64,000 bases of DNA, from NCBI GenBank assembly GCA_047495785.1, contig JBLDXI010000042.1, positions 186,001 to 250,000 of the forward strand, in the 5' to 3' direction. A program made the position numbers and the translations under genes. The notes under the pieces are model-generated. The model was not told the origin of the DNA. It did no database searches and saw only the letters and a program-made list of their open reading frames with translations. Source of the stretch: Lepidodermella squamata. Lineage: Eukaryota; Animalia; Gastrotricha. Shown here piece after piece: positions 12,640 to 25,020 of this stretch. Each line of letters opens with the position of its first letter. Position 1 is the stretch's first letter.

Positions 12640-14188
12640 TTTAAAACTGCGTAAAGGCTTAATGATAACAAGTTGTAAACGGGCACTTCCAGATGATAAG
12701 GAACACGCGATATGCTACATATTAGGAAATAGTGTTATCTGGATGGGTAGGAGAAATTTAATCTTCGTAAACAACTGCTGGGTCTAAACGACTCAATTAT
12801 TTCTGTCAAGAATGTCAATGTCTTCTTGACCTAATGCGGTTGAGAATCGCCATCCTGCCCATCGCTTTTGTAGTATGCAGTGCAGTGTAGAAGATGGACA
12901 TTTTGCCGAAAGGGGGATATAGGTATAAGGGTCCTCCATCGCTCAAGTTTCCGTAGGGGCAAGGGAAAAAATCATCAGGGTCCCCCTGTGGTTAGGCTTC
13001 GAGCCTTCGGACAGTCCCCCCGTCCCCCCGCCATCTTCGACACTGATGCAGTGAAACAGTGAAACAGTCGACTTCAAGCTGTTGAACAACTGGATCGCAA
13101 GCTGCTTATAGGCACGTATAACTCGAAGAGAAAAATGTAAACTTGTCCGATTCTGTGCGGCCCAGCACTCAACTAGGTAACTTGTTTTGGTTGCGGCCCG
13201 CAAGCCTTGTTATCAATCATTCTTGAATAGCTTTAAGGTACAAGCGATGCCAGGAAGTCCAACTGAGTCATCCATATTTTAATGCAATTTAAGCCCATTT
13301 TCGGGTTGAGAATGCCCAAAAAAGCGACAGATAAAGCTCGCGAATTGATTTTTCAAGTATAGGCCGCAAAATGTTTCGAAAGAGTGAAAAATCAACACCC
13401 CTTCCCCAAATGCAAATCGCGGCTACGCCACTGAGCTTAACGCTGTTAATATCATTAATAAAGCCACTCATTCCCTTATTCTTTCATTCACGGCAATCCG
13501 TTTTTTCAAATGCCCGTACTTTGTAAATAAATTCCAGGTAGTATTTTCCAGTTTCATTTTGCGATAAGCAGAAATGACAGTGTTAGCTCATAAAAATTGC
13601 TTAAAAAACTTGAACTTATTTGATAATTCTTAATACATACTCAGTAAATTACTCGTGAATGTCAACTTTTTGTTACATTTTCTGTGTTTCAAATTACATG
13701 GCAATAGAACTAGCGTCTGAACAGCAGCAATGTCTGTTGAGTTTCACTCACGTTTTAAACAGGCGGCACGCTGTGTTCTTACAATACAGTGGTAGCGGCC
13801 CGCCGGCTAGCATCTAAGTCATGCGGCCCGCTGGGATGGAAAATGAGTCAGAAAATGGCCTACTGCGGAAAAAAGTTGAGAAGCACTGGGATAGGGCATT
13901 GAGTGACATAAAACGTGGCTGCGTGCCGTTTGCAAATTCAGCTCGAATAAATTCAATATGCATAACTCGTCAGTTTCCTATTCTGTTGTTCTCTATCCCA
14001 TCGGATGTCTGAATTATGAATATGGGCTTCAGAGTTGAATTCATGGGAAATCCTCTCATTTTTGCGAAATCTATTGATATCGCCCCCTATACTTAGTCGG
14101 TGAGTTACAAATAGGAAAAATTTGAATTTCAAATTTCAAATGACGAGGAAATAAAGTGGAGCATCAGTCATATCGATCGCCAATTTAT

Positions 14189-15358
14189 TTAGCTAGCATA
14201 AAATTTCGAGTTCCAGCTGCATGCTAAATGATAAAACCATAAACCATACGTTATGATGTTAAGAAATGCTAGAACTATGACAAACACTAGAAATGCTATA
14301 AAATCCACAATATCCCGAACGCTAATTTGTTTCCTCAAACAAGCAAGATTGATCGGTCTATCAGCTGCTTCAGGGAATCGATTGATTATCGTGCACATCA
14401 CACCGCAGTAAAGCGTGCAAAGCATAGCAAAAATTGTCTGGCCGAGGATGTAATACGAAATCACTATATGCCGTGGTGTTCGTGGTAAAACAGCAGAAAT
14501 CTGACTTTGAAGCACGAATATCGACATCATGATAGTTGCGGCGAACGTCGGCCGATCCGGAGCATCAGGCGGAACCAGGAAGCTGCCCAGAACAAGGATA
14601 GTGAGAATAAAGCTCGGAGCTATGAGGCAGAGAACGAAATAATCGGGCTTCCTTTCGAGCTCAAACTTGAAAGTGACCCTTTGCAACTTGTAATTGGCAC
14701 TTTTGATAGTATCGTCTTGAAACTTCACGTCAGAGCTGACGTTCAACAATTTCCAGTTAGCGTTGTCTGGCATAAAATCTTGGGATAGCCCTAGAATGTA
14801 GGCGTCTTTAACTGCGATATTCTCGAGGATTGCGCTGAGCTTCAGCCTGATTTCACATGTTTGGCTATCGAACGGGAAATCGAACAGTTGTAAATTGCAT
14901 GACGAAACAATAACGCCGTAGAAGGCATGCGTGAAAAGGCCCGTTGACATGTTCACCTCCATTCGCCTCAGCGAGCCGTCGACGCTCGCTTCCATGCCGA
15001 TATTCGTCAGACTGTTTTCATGCATCAGATCAGGCACCCAGAACATTTCAGGTTCGATTCGGATATTTTCAAGGATTTTACGCCATTCCAGGTCGTGGTA
15101 GGCCTTTGCAACGCACGGCACAATCCAATTGACAATGACAATGCCTACAACTGTTAGCGTTTCGCCTACATCGTCGATTTCGCGAAATCGCTCGCCGTAG
15201 AAGGAAACGTTGATTTTCGTTGGGACACCATCGGCTTCTGACGGTGAATTGATGTGACGACCGACGTTGCACCGTGATAGGATGAAGTCTGTCGTGGAAG
15301 AGTTGTTGAAGCAGAATGCTATGTTACTCAAAAACAGCAGAGCGAATAAACTAATCAT
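14189..15358 (-). CDS. Divergent Cys-loop ligand-gated ion channel subunit (nAChR-like fold), intronless
   Basis: Signal peptide MISLFALLFLSNIAFC; FWVPDL; Cys-loop CNLQLFDFPFDSQTC; ELERKP followed by 4 hydrophobic helices. Confidence 0.88.
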   Translation of the reverse strand: MISLFALLFLSNIAFCFNNSSTTDFILSRCNVGRHINSPSEADGVPTKINVSFYGERFREIDDVGETLTVVGIVIVNWIVPCVAKAYHDLEWRKILENIRIEPEMFWVPDLMHENSLTNIGMEASVDGSLRRMEVNMSTGLFTHAFYGVIVSSCNLQLFDFPFDSQTCEIRLKLSAILENIAVKDAYILGLSQDFMPDNANWKLLNVSSDVKFQDDTIKSANYKLQRVTFKFELERKPDYFVLCLIAPSFILTILVLGSFLVPPDAPDRPTFAATIMMSIFVLQSQISAVLPRTPRHIVISYYILGQTIFAMLCTLYCGVMCTIINRFPEAADRPINLACLRKQISVRDIVDFIAFLVFVIVLAFLNIITYGLWFYHLACSWNSKFYAS

Positions 15359-16007
15359 TGGTTTCCAGCAAAAACTCCTAAAATAGCGTCTAATAGTTAC
15401 TCTAATACAATGGCGAATTCTTCCCACTTTAGCAATACGTGACAATAATGGCTTGAGGTAAACATTTTTTTCTCAATTAGTCAGGATTACTAATAAATAT
15501 TAGTCTTACAAATGTTTGCATTGGTTTTTACTAGTGAGTTCCGGCAATCCTGTTTCTGTTTACTCAGCAGTGTCCTTCTTGAAGATTTACTACCATTTTA
15601 CTTTTCGGGGGTTTGCCTTTTCCCTTTCCCTGAAAATCACGGAAAATCACGGAACTTTTGACATGTACATGGTCAGGATGATGACGCGATGAGGGCACAT
15701 CATGGCATAGTGTGCGAAGTAGGATCCGGGAGCTGAGGTGTTTTCTAGCACGTTTCTAGAACCTAGCTGAAGAAACCAAATCCCCCCCCCCCCCTGTGGA
15801 TTTTTTAGCCTTCCTCTGTTAGGAGTCCCGAAGCTGGGGTGTCGCGACCCTCCACCACCTCTGTACTGCGCACCCTGCATAGAAAGTAACAGTAAGCTCA
15901 GACGATCTTGGTAACACGTAACACGGCACACGACTTTCAGTACACATTTTAATTATGAAAAAGACTCGAGTCAACAAACGAGATTTATTCAATTAGTTCG
16001 CACACAC

Positions 16008-19000
16008 TCAACCTGTGGACCACGCTCGACTCGCTCCTCGCATCGTCAGCAAATCGGCCGCTGCGGTTCTGTTTTGATAAATTGCTCGGTCAAGAGGCGT
16101 TTCACCATAGATATTCCTGACATCCTTATTTGCACCTCTATCCAGCAACAGTCGCGCTACATCGGCCCACCCGGACGAAACCGCAAAGATCAATGCTGTG
16201 TTGCCGTCTTTATCCTTGGCGTCGATAGCTGCCTTGCGATCCAGTAACAGTCGAACCACTGCGACATGCCCTTTCGAAGCGCGGTCCGGCTATTGTTACC
16301 TTTAGCATCGGCGGAGGCGTTGCGATCCAGCAACAGCCGAGCTACCTCGAATGTCCCATACGAAGCAGCATATGACAAAGCCGTGTCGCCATTGGAATCG
16401 CTAGCCTCAATGGCGGCCTTGCGATCCAGGAAAAGACGAACCACCGCGACTTGACCGCTACTTGCTGCACGCATCATAGCCGTCGAACCGTAGTTATTCT
16501 TCGCCTCAATTGCAGCTTTACGGTCCAGCAATAGTCGAACTGCTTCGATTTGTCCAGCCATAGCCGCATGCATCAATGACGTCATACCTTCGTTATCCTT
16601 AGCCTCGATGGCAGCATTGCGGTCTAGCAACAGGCGAAGTACTTCGATATGCCGGGTCCCAGCAGAAAACATCAGCGCCGTAATACCAAACCCTTCCCTC
16701 GCATCGATAGCAGCGTTGCGATCTAGCAGCGGTCGAACTACTTCGATTTTCCCATTTATAGCAACATTCATCAACGCCGTTATGCCTGCGTTGTTCTTCA
16801 CCTCGATGTTAGCCTTGCGATCCAGTAATAAGCTGAGCACTTCGAGTCGCTCCATAATAGCCGCCCACATCAAAGCCGTTTGGCCATCGTCACTTCTAGC
16901 CTCGATCGAAGCGTTGCGATCAAGCAACAGTCGTACAGCTTCGACTTTTCCTGCCATAGCGGCCCTTATCAATGCCGTTTTACCTTCGTTATCCTTCGCC
17001 TCGATGTTAGCTTTGCGATCTAATAACAGTCGCAGTACTCCGATTTGCCCTTTAAAAGCCGCATAAATTAGCGCCGTCCAGTTATCCGTTCCCTTAGCCT
17101 CGATAGCAGCGTTGCGATCTAGTAACAGTCGAACCACTTCGACATTCCCACCTATAGAAGCAATCACCAACGCCGTCCAGCCATCGTTATTCTTAGCATC
17201 GATGGAAGCGTTCCGCTCCAGTAATAAGCGGAGAACATCGATTCGCCTCATATTAGCCGCAATAATCAACGCTGTGTTGCCGGCGTTATTTTTCGCCTCG
17301 ATTGCAGCGTTGCGATCCAGCAATAGTCGAACTGCTTCGATTCGCCCAGCCGAAGCCGCATACATCAACGCCGTCTTACCGTCGTTATCCTTGACCTCGA
17401 TGGCAGCACCGCGGGCTACCAGCAGTCGTAAGGTTTCAACTGGCGCGCTGATAGCCGCATACATCAACGCCGTCTTACCTCCATTATCCTTGGCTTCAAT
17501 GGCAGCATTGCGGTCTAGCAACAGTCGAACAACTTCGACATTCCCGATCCCAGCAGCAGACATCAACGCCGTCATGCCATTTTTTACCCTCGCCTCGATA
17601 GCGGCATTGCGATCTAGCAACAGGCGAATCACATCGGTCTTCTCTATCGCAGCCGCAATCACCAACGCTGTCCAGCCATCGTTATTCTCAGCCTCGATAG
17701 CAGCGTTGCGATCCAGTAATAAGCGGACGACTTCGGTTTGCCTATTACTAACAGCATACAGCAACGCCGTAAAACCATTCGCACCTTTAGCCTCGATCGA
17801 AGCGTTGTGATCAAGCAACATTCGTACGGCTTCGACTGATCCATATATAGCCGCCACCATCAACGCCGTCTTGCCATCGTTATCCTTGGCCTCGATGTCA
17901 GCGTTGCGATCCAGCATTAAGCGGAGTACTTCGATTTGCCCTTTAAAAGCAGCATACATCAACGCCGTCAAGCCGACGTTATTTTTAGCATTGATGGAAG
18001 CGTTTCGATCAAGCAACATTCGAGCCACTTCGTCATCCCCAAACATAGCCGCTTCCATCAAGGCAGTCCTTCCAAAGGCAGCGTCCTTCAGATTCACATC
18101 GGCACTGCGATTCACCAACAGCCGAGCAATCTCAAGTCGCAGGGCTGGTTTTCGGCTGGAACACAGCCAAACACCCAATAGCAGCGTGCTATTTCGTATA
18201 GCCGACCTATCGCAGGAGGACGCGTTTGGGTTGCGCCAGTTTGGGTCGAACTTGCCGCCAGTTGCATCGTCGATGTCGGCGACAAGTTGCCGCACTTGCT
18301 CAGCGTCGTCCGTCTCGGCTGTTACATTCCACAATTGGTCGTACACTTCGCGGATCTAAATGCCGACATGAAATAGAGATTACCAATTGCATTTAGAACA
18401 GAAAGGCATAGAGGTATAGAGAACTGATTGAACTAGAAAAACTGGTTTCACAAATGTGCGACAGGTACGAATTCAAGCGCGTAACAAATATTTTGGAGAA
18501 CCGCCCTCCCTTCTTACTACCGAATACTAACTGGTCTCTGCTGCTCTGACACGCAAGAACCAGGCTGGGACCACGTGAAGTTCGAGAGGCACAATATGGA
18601 AGCATTTCCTCGAATCGCAAAGTTTTGCTTGCAAGATATATTTCGCGTAGCTCCGATGCTCGACGGACCAGGGGATACGTTGCCGTTTCGGATCGTGCGA
18701 ACAGCACCGCAGCCTTGACGTCACACATTACATGGGACGAGAGTGAAGCAATATATTTACTAACCTGTTGGATTGCATCTTCCACTTAGCACTGGGCGAA
18801 ATGGAGGCACGCAAGAGGCAGTCGACACAGAGGCGGAGTAGGCATAGCCAGGGTTGCACTTAACACTCACCACGCCTCCTCTTTCCACCACTGTTCCAGT
18901 CCTCAGAACTGCGCCAGTATCTTCCGATGTTTCTGGGTCCACTCGGGTCACAAATCCCGCTGTCACATTCGGTACGGTACAAGACTGCGACGGAGTAGTT

Positions 19001-20209
19001 GTCTGGCTTCCAACATCTGTATTTTCCGAAATCCAATCAAGAACCTTGCAGACTCTGCTGTAGATAACTGGACTGTCTCCGCTGCATGACTCGTCGCCAA
19101 TCGAAATTAGGCCAAGCAGGTAAGTTCTCCTCGACATCGAACACATTAGCGGGCCCCCAGAATCAGCGAAGCAAACGTCGCTACCATCGGCGGCTAAACA
19201 CATTTTCGAATCGGTGATGTTGAGTGGATAAGAACGGCCTCGGGAATAATCCGTCGAGCAATTTCGGTAGGACTGAACTTGAAGATTGAGCTTCCTCGGG
19301 ACCTCAGATATTCTGACTGAAATACATACATGCCTCGTAAAATCGGATGCTCTGTTATCATTTAAGTCACTTTATCACTCTTTCGAGCGAAATTTCCCCA
19401 ATCCCACCCAAGTAAAGTGATGCATGATAATTTTAAATAATTTTACACCTGCATTCAAATCCACCTCGGACCTCGGAATTAGCTGGTTTATAAATCGGGC
19501 AAATAATTGAATGAAGCGTGACCTACTTTGTGACAAATGACGCCAGCCAACTGCGACTGCCGAATCGCATCCGTCGATCGAATTCGTTGTCAATGAGTTG
19601 GCTCGGCAGATAGTACTCGCATCAGGTAGGCAAATCGGCCTGATCTCCTGCGAGAATCTAGTGACTGGGCTCATCAACCGCAGGAGAGCGAAGTCAAAAT
19701 CGTAGAAATTCGGACTTCCACTGTATTGCGGATGGACTAAAGGTGGCAGAACCACGAGGGATTCGCGAGAGGCTGTCTCTGAACGAACGCTGATGTTATG
19801 ACGCCCCAACAACGCCTTGATCCTGTTCACAAAACCAATTTCAGCCATCTGTTCAGAGAAAATAACAGAATTACCTACATAATTGGGGTGCTTCCGGCAT
19901 TCAAAATGCAATCAGCAGCTGTTATCAGCCATTGCTTCGATATTAGAGTAGCGCCGCAATATGAGGCTGACGTTTCGCGGTTGTGATAAATTTCTAGCAT
20001 AACCTTGAACGAGCATCCGTTTTCGGCTATTAGAAACTTATTTGAATGACACAAACCAGCCATGGGTAGTCGTTCGGTCCCGTCGGGTGACTGCCAGGGC
20101 CGCTTGATTTAGGCATCGCAGTAGGGATTACAGTGCCACATCCGAGATCTTGAGCAATTACAACTCCGTAAATCAGCCAATGGTAAACAAAAGCTATAAG
20201 AAGAAGCAT
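16008..20209 (-). CDS. Gene A: secreted pseudo-protease-Sushi-Sushi-ankyrin protein (6 exons: about 20209-20057, 20003-19879, 19822-~19527, ~19316-~18764, 18713-18532, 18355-16008); frameshift near 16280 disrupts the last repeats and C-cap
   Basis: Signal peptide MLLLIAFVYHWLIYGVVIAQ; trypsin motifs YPWL, CGATLISKQWLITAADC, DFALLRL, PICLP, CFADSGGPLMC; CCP1 CTVPNV..KCNPGY..C; CCP2 CGAVRTIRNG..SC..F.IRG..ILC...WSQPGSC; about 21 ankyrin repeats; phase-compatible GT-AG introns. Confidence 0.8.
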
Positions 20210-21250
20210 TTCGAAATTTTCCTGCTGAAGTTGAGCTGAAGCCGCAACAAAAGGCTTGATAAATGCAAATTATCCTCCTCATTGTTAAGTTCTACGTGAA
20301 ACGTGTTCTCAAGTGTATTTGTTAGAAAAACTTGATGGCAATTTGTTTACAATGAAGAATAATTCTATGAAAACTATGGAAAACCTCAGGGTAGATTCAA
20401 ATCAAACAAATTTTAAACACGATAAGAGGAAAAAAGTTTTGCAAGTGAAATTAAGTGCCAAGGAAGCACTTCGCCAAGGAAGCAGTTAAAGGTGCGCACT
20501 CTTGCCTAATTTTATTGGATAACATTTATTGGATACAGTATATTTCCAATACAATGAACGCTGTTCGTGCCATCAAATTCGTTCACTATAACGAAAGTCC
20601 ACTACAGTGATAATTGAAAAGGGCAACGTTGAAAAGGGCAAGGGCAAGGGTTTAAATGGCTTCAACACTCATAATATTACTGCAAATGCATCTGCGACGA
20701 ATATATAATAAAAAGAAACCTGATTGTTAGGCGAAAAGTAATCAGTAATAGTCATTTGAACAGTTCTGATAGCCGCCAACAGCTCGGCGCCCGCTTTTTG
20801 AAGCTTCTCCAAGGGGCGAGACTGGAGCCATGACAACTGCTGGTCCATTTGAGCCGTGCGAAAGTTGCGCCAAAGACACTTACTCCAAACCAATCTATAC
20901 TGGTTGGAGTTTAAACCGAATACCCTGCTATTCTGAGAACCTTGTTACGGTCGCCTGTCGAATTCAGATAGAATGGCCCCGGTACTTTGTTTAACCGGTT
21001 TCACCATGTTACCACGGCTAGAATCCCCTTTAATTATTTCGAAATGCGAAAAAAATCGGCAAAATACACTTTTCATTTTGCAGCGGTCATTTATTCATTT
21101 ACAGCTCTAGAAGATCGGTGTGAGAATGAGAAAGGGAGAAAATAAAAATCTCTGTCTATCATCCATACGGCCATTTATAAGCGCGACGGTTCACAGAAAA
21201 TCCTGAGTTGAAACGTGAGAGAAACGAGTTCCTATATGCGATCACCCATA

Positions 21251-23788
21251 TCAAGCGCAGGGTGGGGATTTCAGGCGACTTGCTCCTCGCGACTCCAACA
21301 GATCGATCGCAGCTGTTTTCTTAAAATATATAGCCATTCCTAGGGCTGTACAGCCATCGCTAGTCTTGGAATCGATGGCGGCTTTGCGATCTAGCAACAG
21401 CCCAATTACTTCAACTTGCTCAGTCAAAACCGCTTGCATCAATGCCGTGTAGCCACCGTTATCCTTGGCCTCTATCGCAGCGCTGCGATCTAGCAACACT
21501 CGAACTGCTTCGGCTTGCCCAAACAAAGCCGCGTGCAACAAGGCCGTCATACCTTCGTTATCCTTGGCCTCGATGGCAGCATTGCGATCCAGCAAAAGGC
21601 GTATTTCTTCGATTCGCCCACGCTTAGCCGCATGCATCAGCGCCGTTAGGCCGCCATAATCCTTTGCCTCAATAGCACCCCTGCGATCTAGCAGCAGGCG
21701 AACCACTTCGACTTTCCTTTCCATGACAGCATGCATCAACGCCGTGTAGCCAGATTTATCCTTTGCCTCGATTGCAGCGTTGCGATCCAGTAACAGCCGT
21801 TCAACTTCGACTTGGCCATTCATAGCCGCATGTATTAGCGGCGTGTAGCCTTCGATATCAATGACTTCGATGGATGCGTTTCGGTCTAGCAGCAGTCGCA
21901 CTGTTTCTACTTGCCCATTCTTAGCTGCATAAATTAGCGCTGTGCAGCTATCATCGTCCTTGCTCTCGATGGCAGCGTTTCGATCAAGCAGCAGTCGAAC
22001 CACTTCGTCATCCCCAAACATAGCCGCTTCCATCAAGGCAGTCCTTCCATAAGCAGCCTCCCTGAGATTCACATCGGCACCACGATTCACCAACAGCCGA
22101 GCAATCTCCAGTCGCACGGCTGGCTGTCGATTAGCGCATAGCCAAACGCTGTGCAGAAGTGTGCTATTTTGTGCTGTCCAACTATTGCAGTTAGATACGT
22201 TTGGGTTACGCCAGTTTGGGTCGAACTTGCCGCCAGTTGCAGCGTCGATGTCCGCAACAAGTTGCCGCACTTGCGCAGCGTCGCCCGTCTCGGCTGTTAC
22301 ATTCCACAATTGCTCGTACACTTCACGGATCTAAGCGAAGATAAGTATCAAAAATAAAAAATTGAGATCCCTGATTTCTCAGCTGTGAGCAAGTAAAAAA
22401 TAATCAGTTTGAGGAGTGAATGCTCTCACCGCATTTTTTGCTAATCCGCCGTTTCTTTTTAAGGAGTTAACTCAGAAATTGAGGGAAGAGGATTTAATAA
22501 TCATCAATTTTTCATCCAAACCACTTTAACAATTTTATGCTTTTTCAAAATAAATATGCTTGTCACCGTGATTGGAAAGGCTCCTAATTGCAATGCTTAG
22601 CGACCAGAAAGGCCCAGAAATATTCCCAGAATTGTTAGTAAAACTGACATTATCACCACTTCCTGGCGGCCCCTGGGCACGTGTCCTCTGTGCCTATGCG
22701 TTGAAACCGCCCTTCTACTAAATACTTACCGGTCTTTGCTGCCCTGACACGCAAGAACCAGGCTGGGACCACGTGAAGTTCGAGAGGCACAAAATGGAAG
22801 CATTCCCTCGAATCGCAAAGTTTTGGCTGCATGATATATTTCGCGTAGCTCCAATGATCGACGGACCAGGGGATACGTTGCCGTTTTGGATCGTGCGAAC
22901 GGCACCGCAGCCTTGACGTCACGCATTACAGGAGATGAGAGTGAAGCAATGTATTTACTAACCTGTTGGATTGCATCTTCCACTTAGCACTGGGCGAAAT
23001 GGAGGCACGCAAGAGGCAGTCGACACAGAGGCGGAGTAGGCATAGCCAGGGTTGCACTTAACACTCACCACGCCTCCTCTTTCCACCACTGTTCCAGGCC
23101 TTAGAACTGCGCCGTTATATTGCGAAGTATCTGAGTCCACTCTTGTCACAAATCCCGCTGTCACATTCGGTATAATACAAGACTGCTCGGGAGTAGTTGT
23201 CTGGCTTCCAACATCAGTGTTCTCCGAAATCCAATCAAGAACCTTGCAGACTCTGCTGTAGATGCCCGGAGTGTAACCGTTGCATGACTCATCACCATTC
23301 GAAATTATACCAAGCAGGTAAGTCTGCCTTGATTTCGATCACATGAGAGGACCCCCATAATCTCCAAGCAAACGTCGCTGTTACCGGCAGCGAAACACAT
23401 CTTCGAATCGGTGATGTTTACTGGATCAGAACGGCCGCTGGAATATTCGAGCGAGCAATTTCGGTAAGATCGAACTTGAAGATCCAGCTTCCTCGGGATC
23501 TCAGAAAGTCTGGCTATATCGAGATAGCGATTACGCTATTTGAGTCGTGGCAAGTGATTCGAGCATTCTCTATTTCGAACACTGGCCCCTCTGTAAATTT
23601 AAACTAGCTATTGCCTACTTTGCCCGACTCTGCTATGAAAGAAAATTACATACTGTATGCAAAATGTCCCCAGCCAACCGCGACCGCCGAATCGCATCCG
23701 TCGATCGAATTCGCTGTGAACGAGTTGGCTCGGCACATGGTACTAGCGTCGGGTAAACAAATCGGCCTGATCTGCTGCGAGAATGTAG
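21251..23788 (-). pseudogene. Gene B 3' part: decayed protease exon + CCP1 + CCP2 (22911-22730) + intact ankyrin exon (22330-21251, about 8 repeats)
   Basis: Paralogous to gene A; the protease exon has a 1-bp frameshift, GDYGGP (Ser->Tyr) and ATG-TGA at about 23340; 5' exons deleted at 23785-23788. Confidence 0.8.
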
Positions 23789-24021
23789 GATCCTCGAGCC
23801 AGGGAACGGAGGAGATCATTATTCATTATTTCAGATATCTGAATTCATGCTTTCGGTAGATGGAATGGCATCGAACATCGCTCGCTTTTTAGTTGAAATA
23901 GCATTTTTTTTTATTTTGGCAAAAACAGCAAAAAACAAGTATTCCATCCTTAGCAGGCCTCCGGGATCCAAGATCGCACCCTGAGTGTATTATTAGCCAA
24001 TCAGAATAAAGCAATTCGAAG

Positions 24022-25020
24022 TTACTCAAATTTCAAATAACGAAGCAAGGCAGGCGGTAAAACGCCGTCCAATCCATTATCTATAGCACCGAGGCGTTCC
24101 TTATAACCTGTAGGCAGGCGGTTGAGAATCGCCATTCTGCACATCGCCTGTAGCTTCATCGGAAAATGCTGCGCTACATGAGGCATCACAAGTCGCCGGA
24201 ATCTAGTGCTTCCGGCAGCATCGCCTGTTCGCTCCCTTAATTTCTCCGGGTTAAAAGATGACGTCATTCTTGCGAAGAGAAGAATTTCAAACAAGCGATC
24301 GTCCAGTTGTCTCGGATTGTTGTTCCTTTCATAGGCCCATGTTTTCAATATGAGGCGAGTGAACACCGCATCTTTAGCGCAGCATTCGCACATCATACCA
24401 GCCTTTATCAGGGTTTTCAAAAACTCACCCGTCGATCCGCCTCTGAATAAAAAAGCGGGAACTCTCGAGCGGAGAATCGTGCCAACTATACATGACGGCC
24501 AAGATGAACAATTTTCCTGAAGGGTAGTCTCTAGATGCGCCCCGGATTCGACGAGGAACTTCGCAATGTCCCATAGGGAATAGGAGGAGGCAGTATTCAA
24601 TGGAGATGATTCTCCGCTTGGGAAATTCAAATTCGCCCCACGGGCTACCAGAAGCTCAACTGTTTTTAAACGATCTTCGACACGGTCGTCATTCCGGTGT
24701 TGTTTTGTAGTATGCATTGAAAATTGGTTGAGTTTAATCCTTCCAACCATCCAAGGATTGCAAGCTACTGTTAAGCACGTATAATGGAATGCAACAAATG
24801 TATTATCCGGTCGATAATGGAAACCCGTAGTTTTCAAGTTGACTTTTCGCGTTGATAACAGGTAACTGAGGCATTTGTGGCTTGCTGCAGCGCTGACTAC
24901 TAGAGCGATTTTATCGGCACCCTGTGCTGAAACAGCGTTGTCGAGGTCAGACGAGAAGTAGGCAAGGTCGTCGTCTTCGCAGGCCTGGGCAAATTTCGCA
25001 TGGTTGAAGTTGCTGCTCAT
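24022..25020 (-). CDS. Ankyrin repeat and SOCS-box protein, copy 2 (one ankyrin repeat deleted in frame)
   Basis: Starts MSSNFNHAKF like its paralogs; RLKTV|ELLVARG junction; SOCS box intact. Confidence 0.8.
   Translation of the reverse strand: MSSNFNHAKFAQACEDDDLAYFSSDLDNAVSAQGADKIALVVSAAASHKCLSYLLSTRKVNLKTTGFHYRPDNTFVAFHYTCLTVACNPWMVGRIKLNQFSMHTTKQHRNDDRVEDRLKTVELLVARGANLNFPSGESSPLNTASSYSLWDIAKFLVESGAHLETTLQENCSSWPSCIVGTILRSRVPAFLFRGGSTGEFLKTLIKAGMMCECCAKDAVFTRLILKTWAYERNNNPRQLDDRLFEILLFARMTSSFNPEKLRERTGDAAGSTRFRRLVMPHVAQHFPMKLQAMCRMAILNRLPTGYKERLGAIDNGLDGVLPPALLRYLKFE

Noticed and set aside
16266-18359. Antisense ORFs rich in ALRSSS (also at 21465, 45974-47269 and 56190-56795)
   Set aside because: Shadow frames of the ankyrin repeats
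18393-18785. ORFs MEDAIQQVSK.. and MTSRLRC.. (also at 22653-22983, 44753-44953 and 53049-53249)
   Set aside because: Wrong-frame readings of the 182-nt Sushi exon; the correct frame is CG(A/T)V.TI.NG...WSQPGSC
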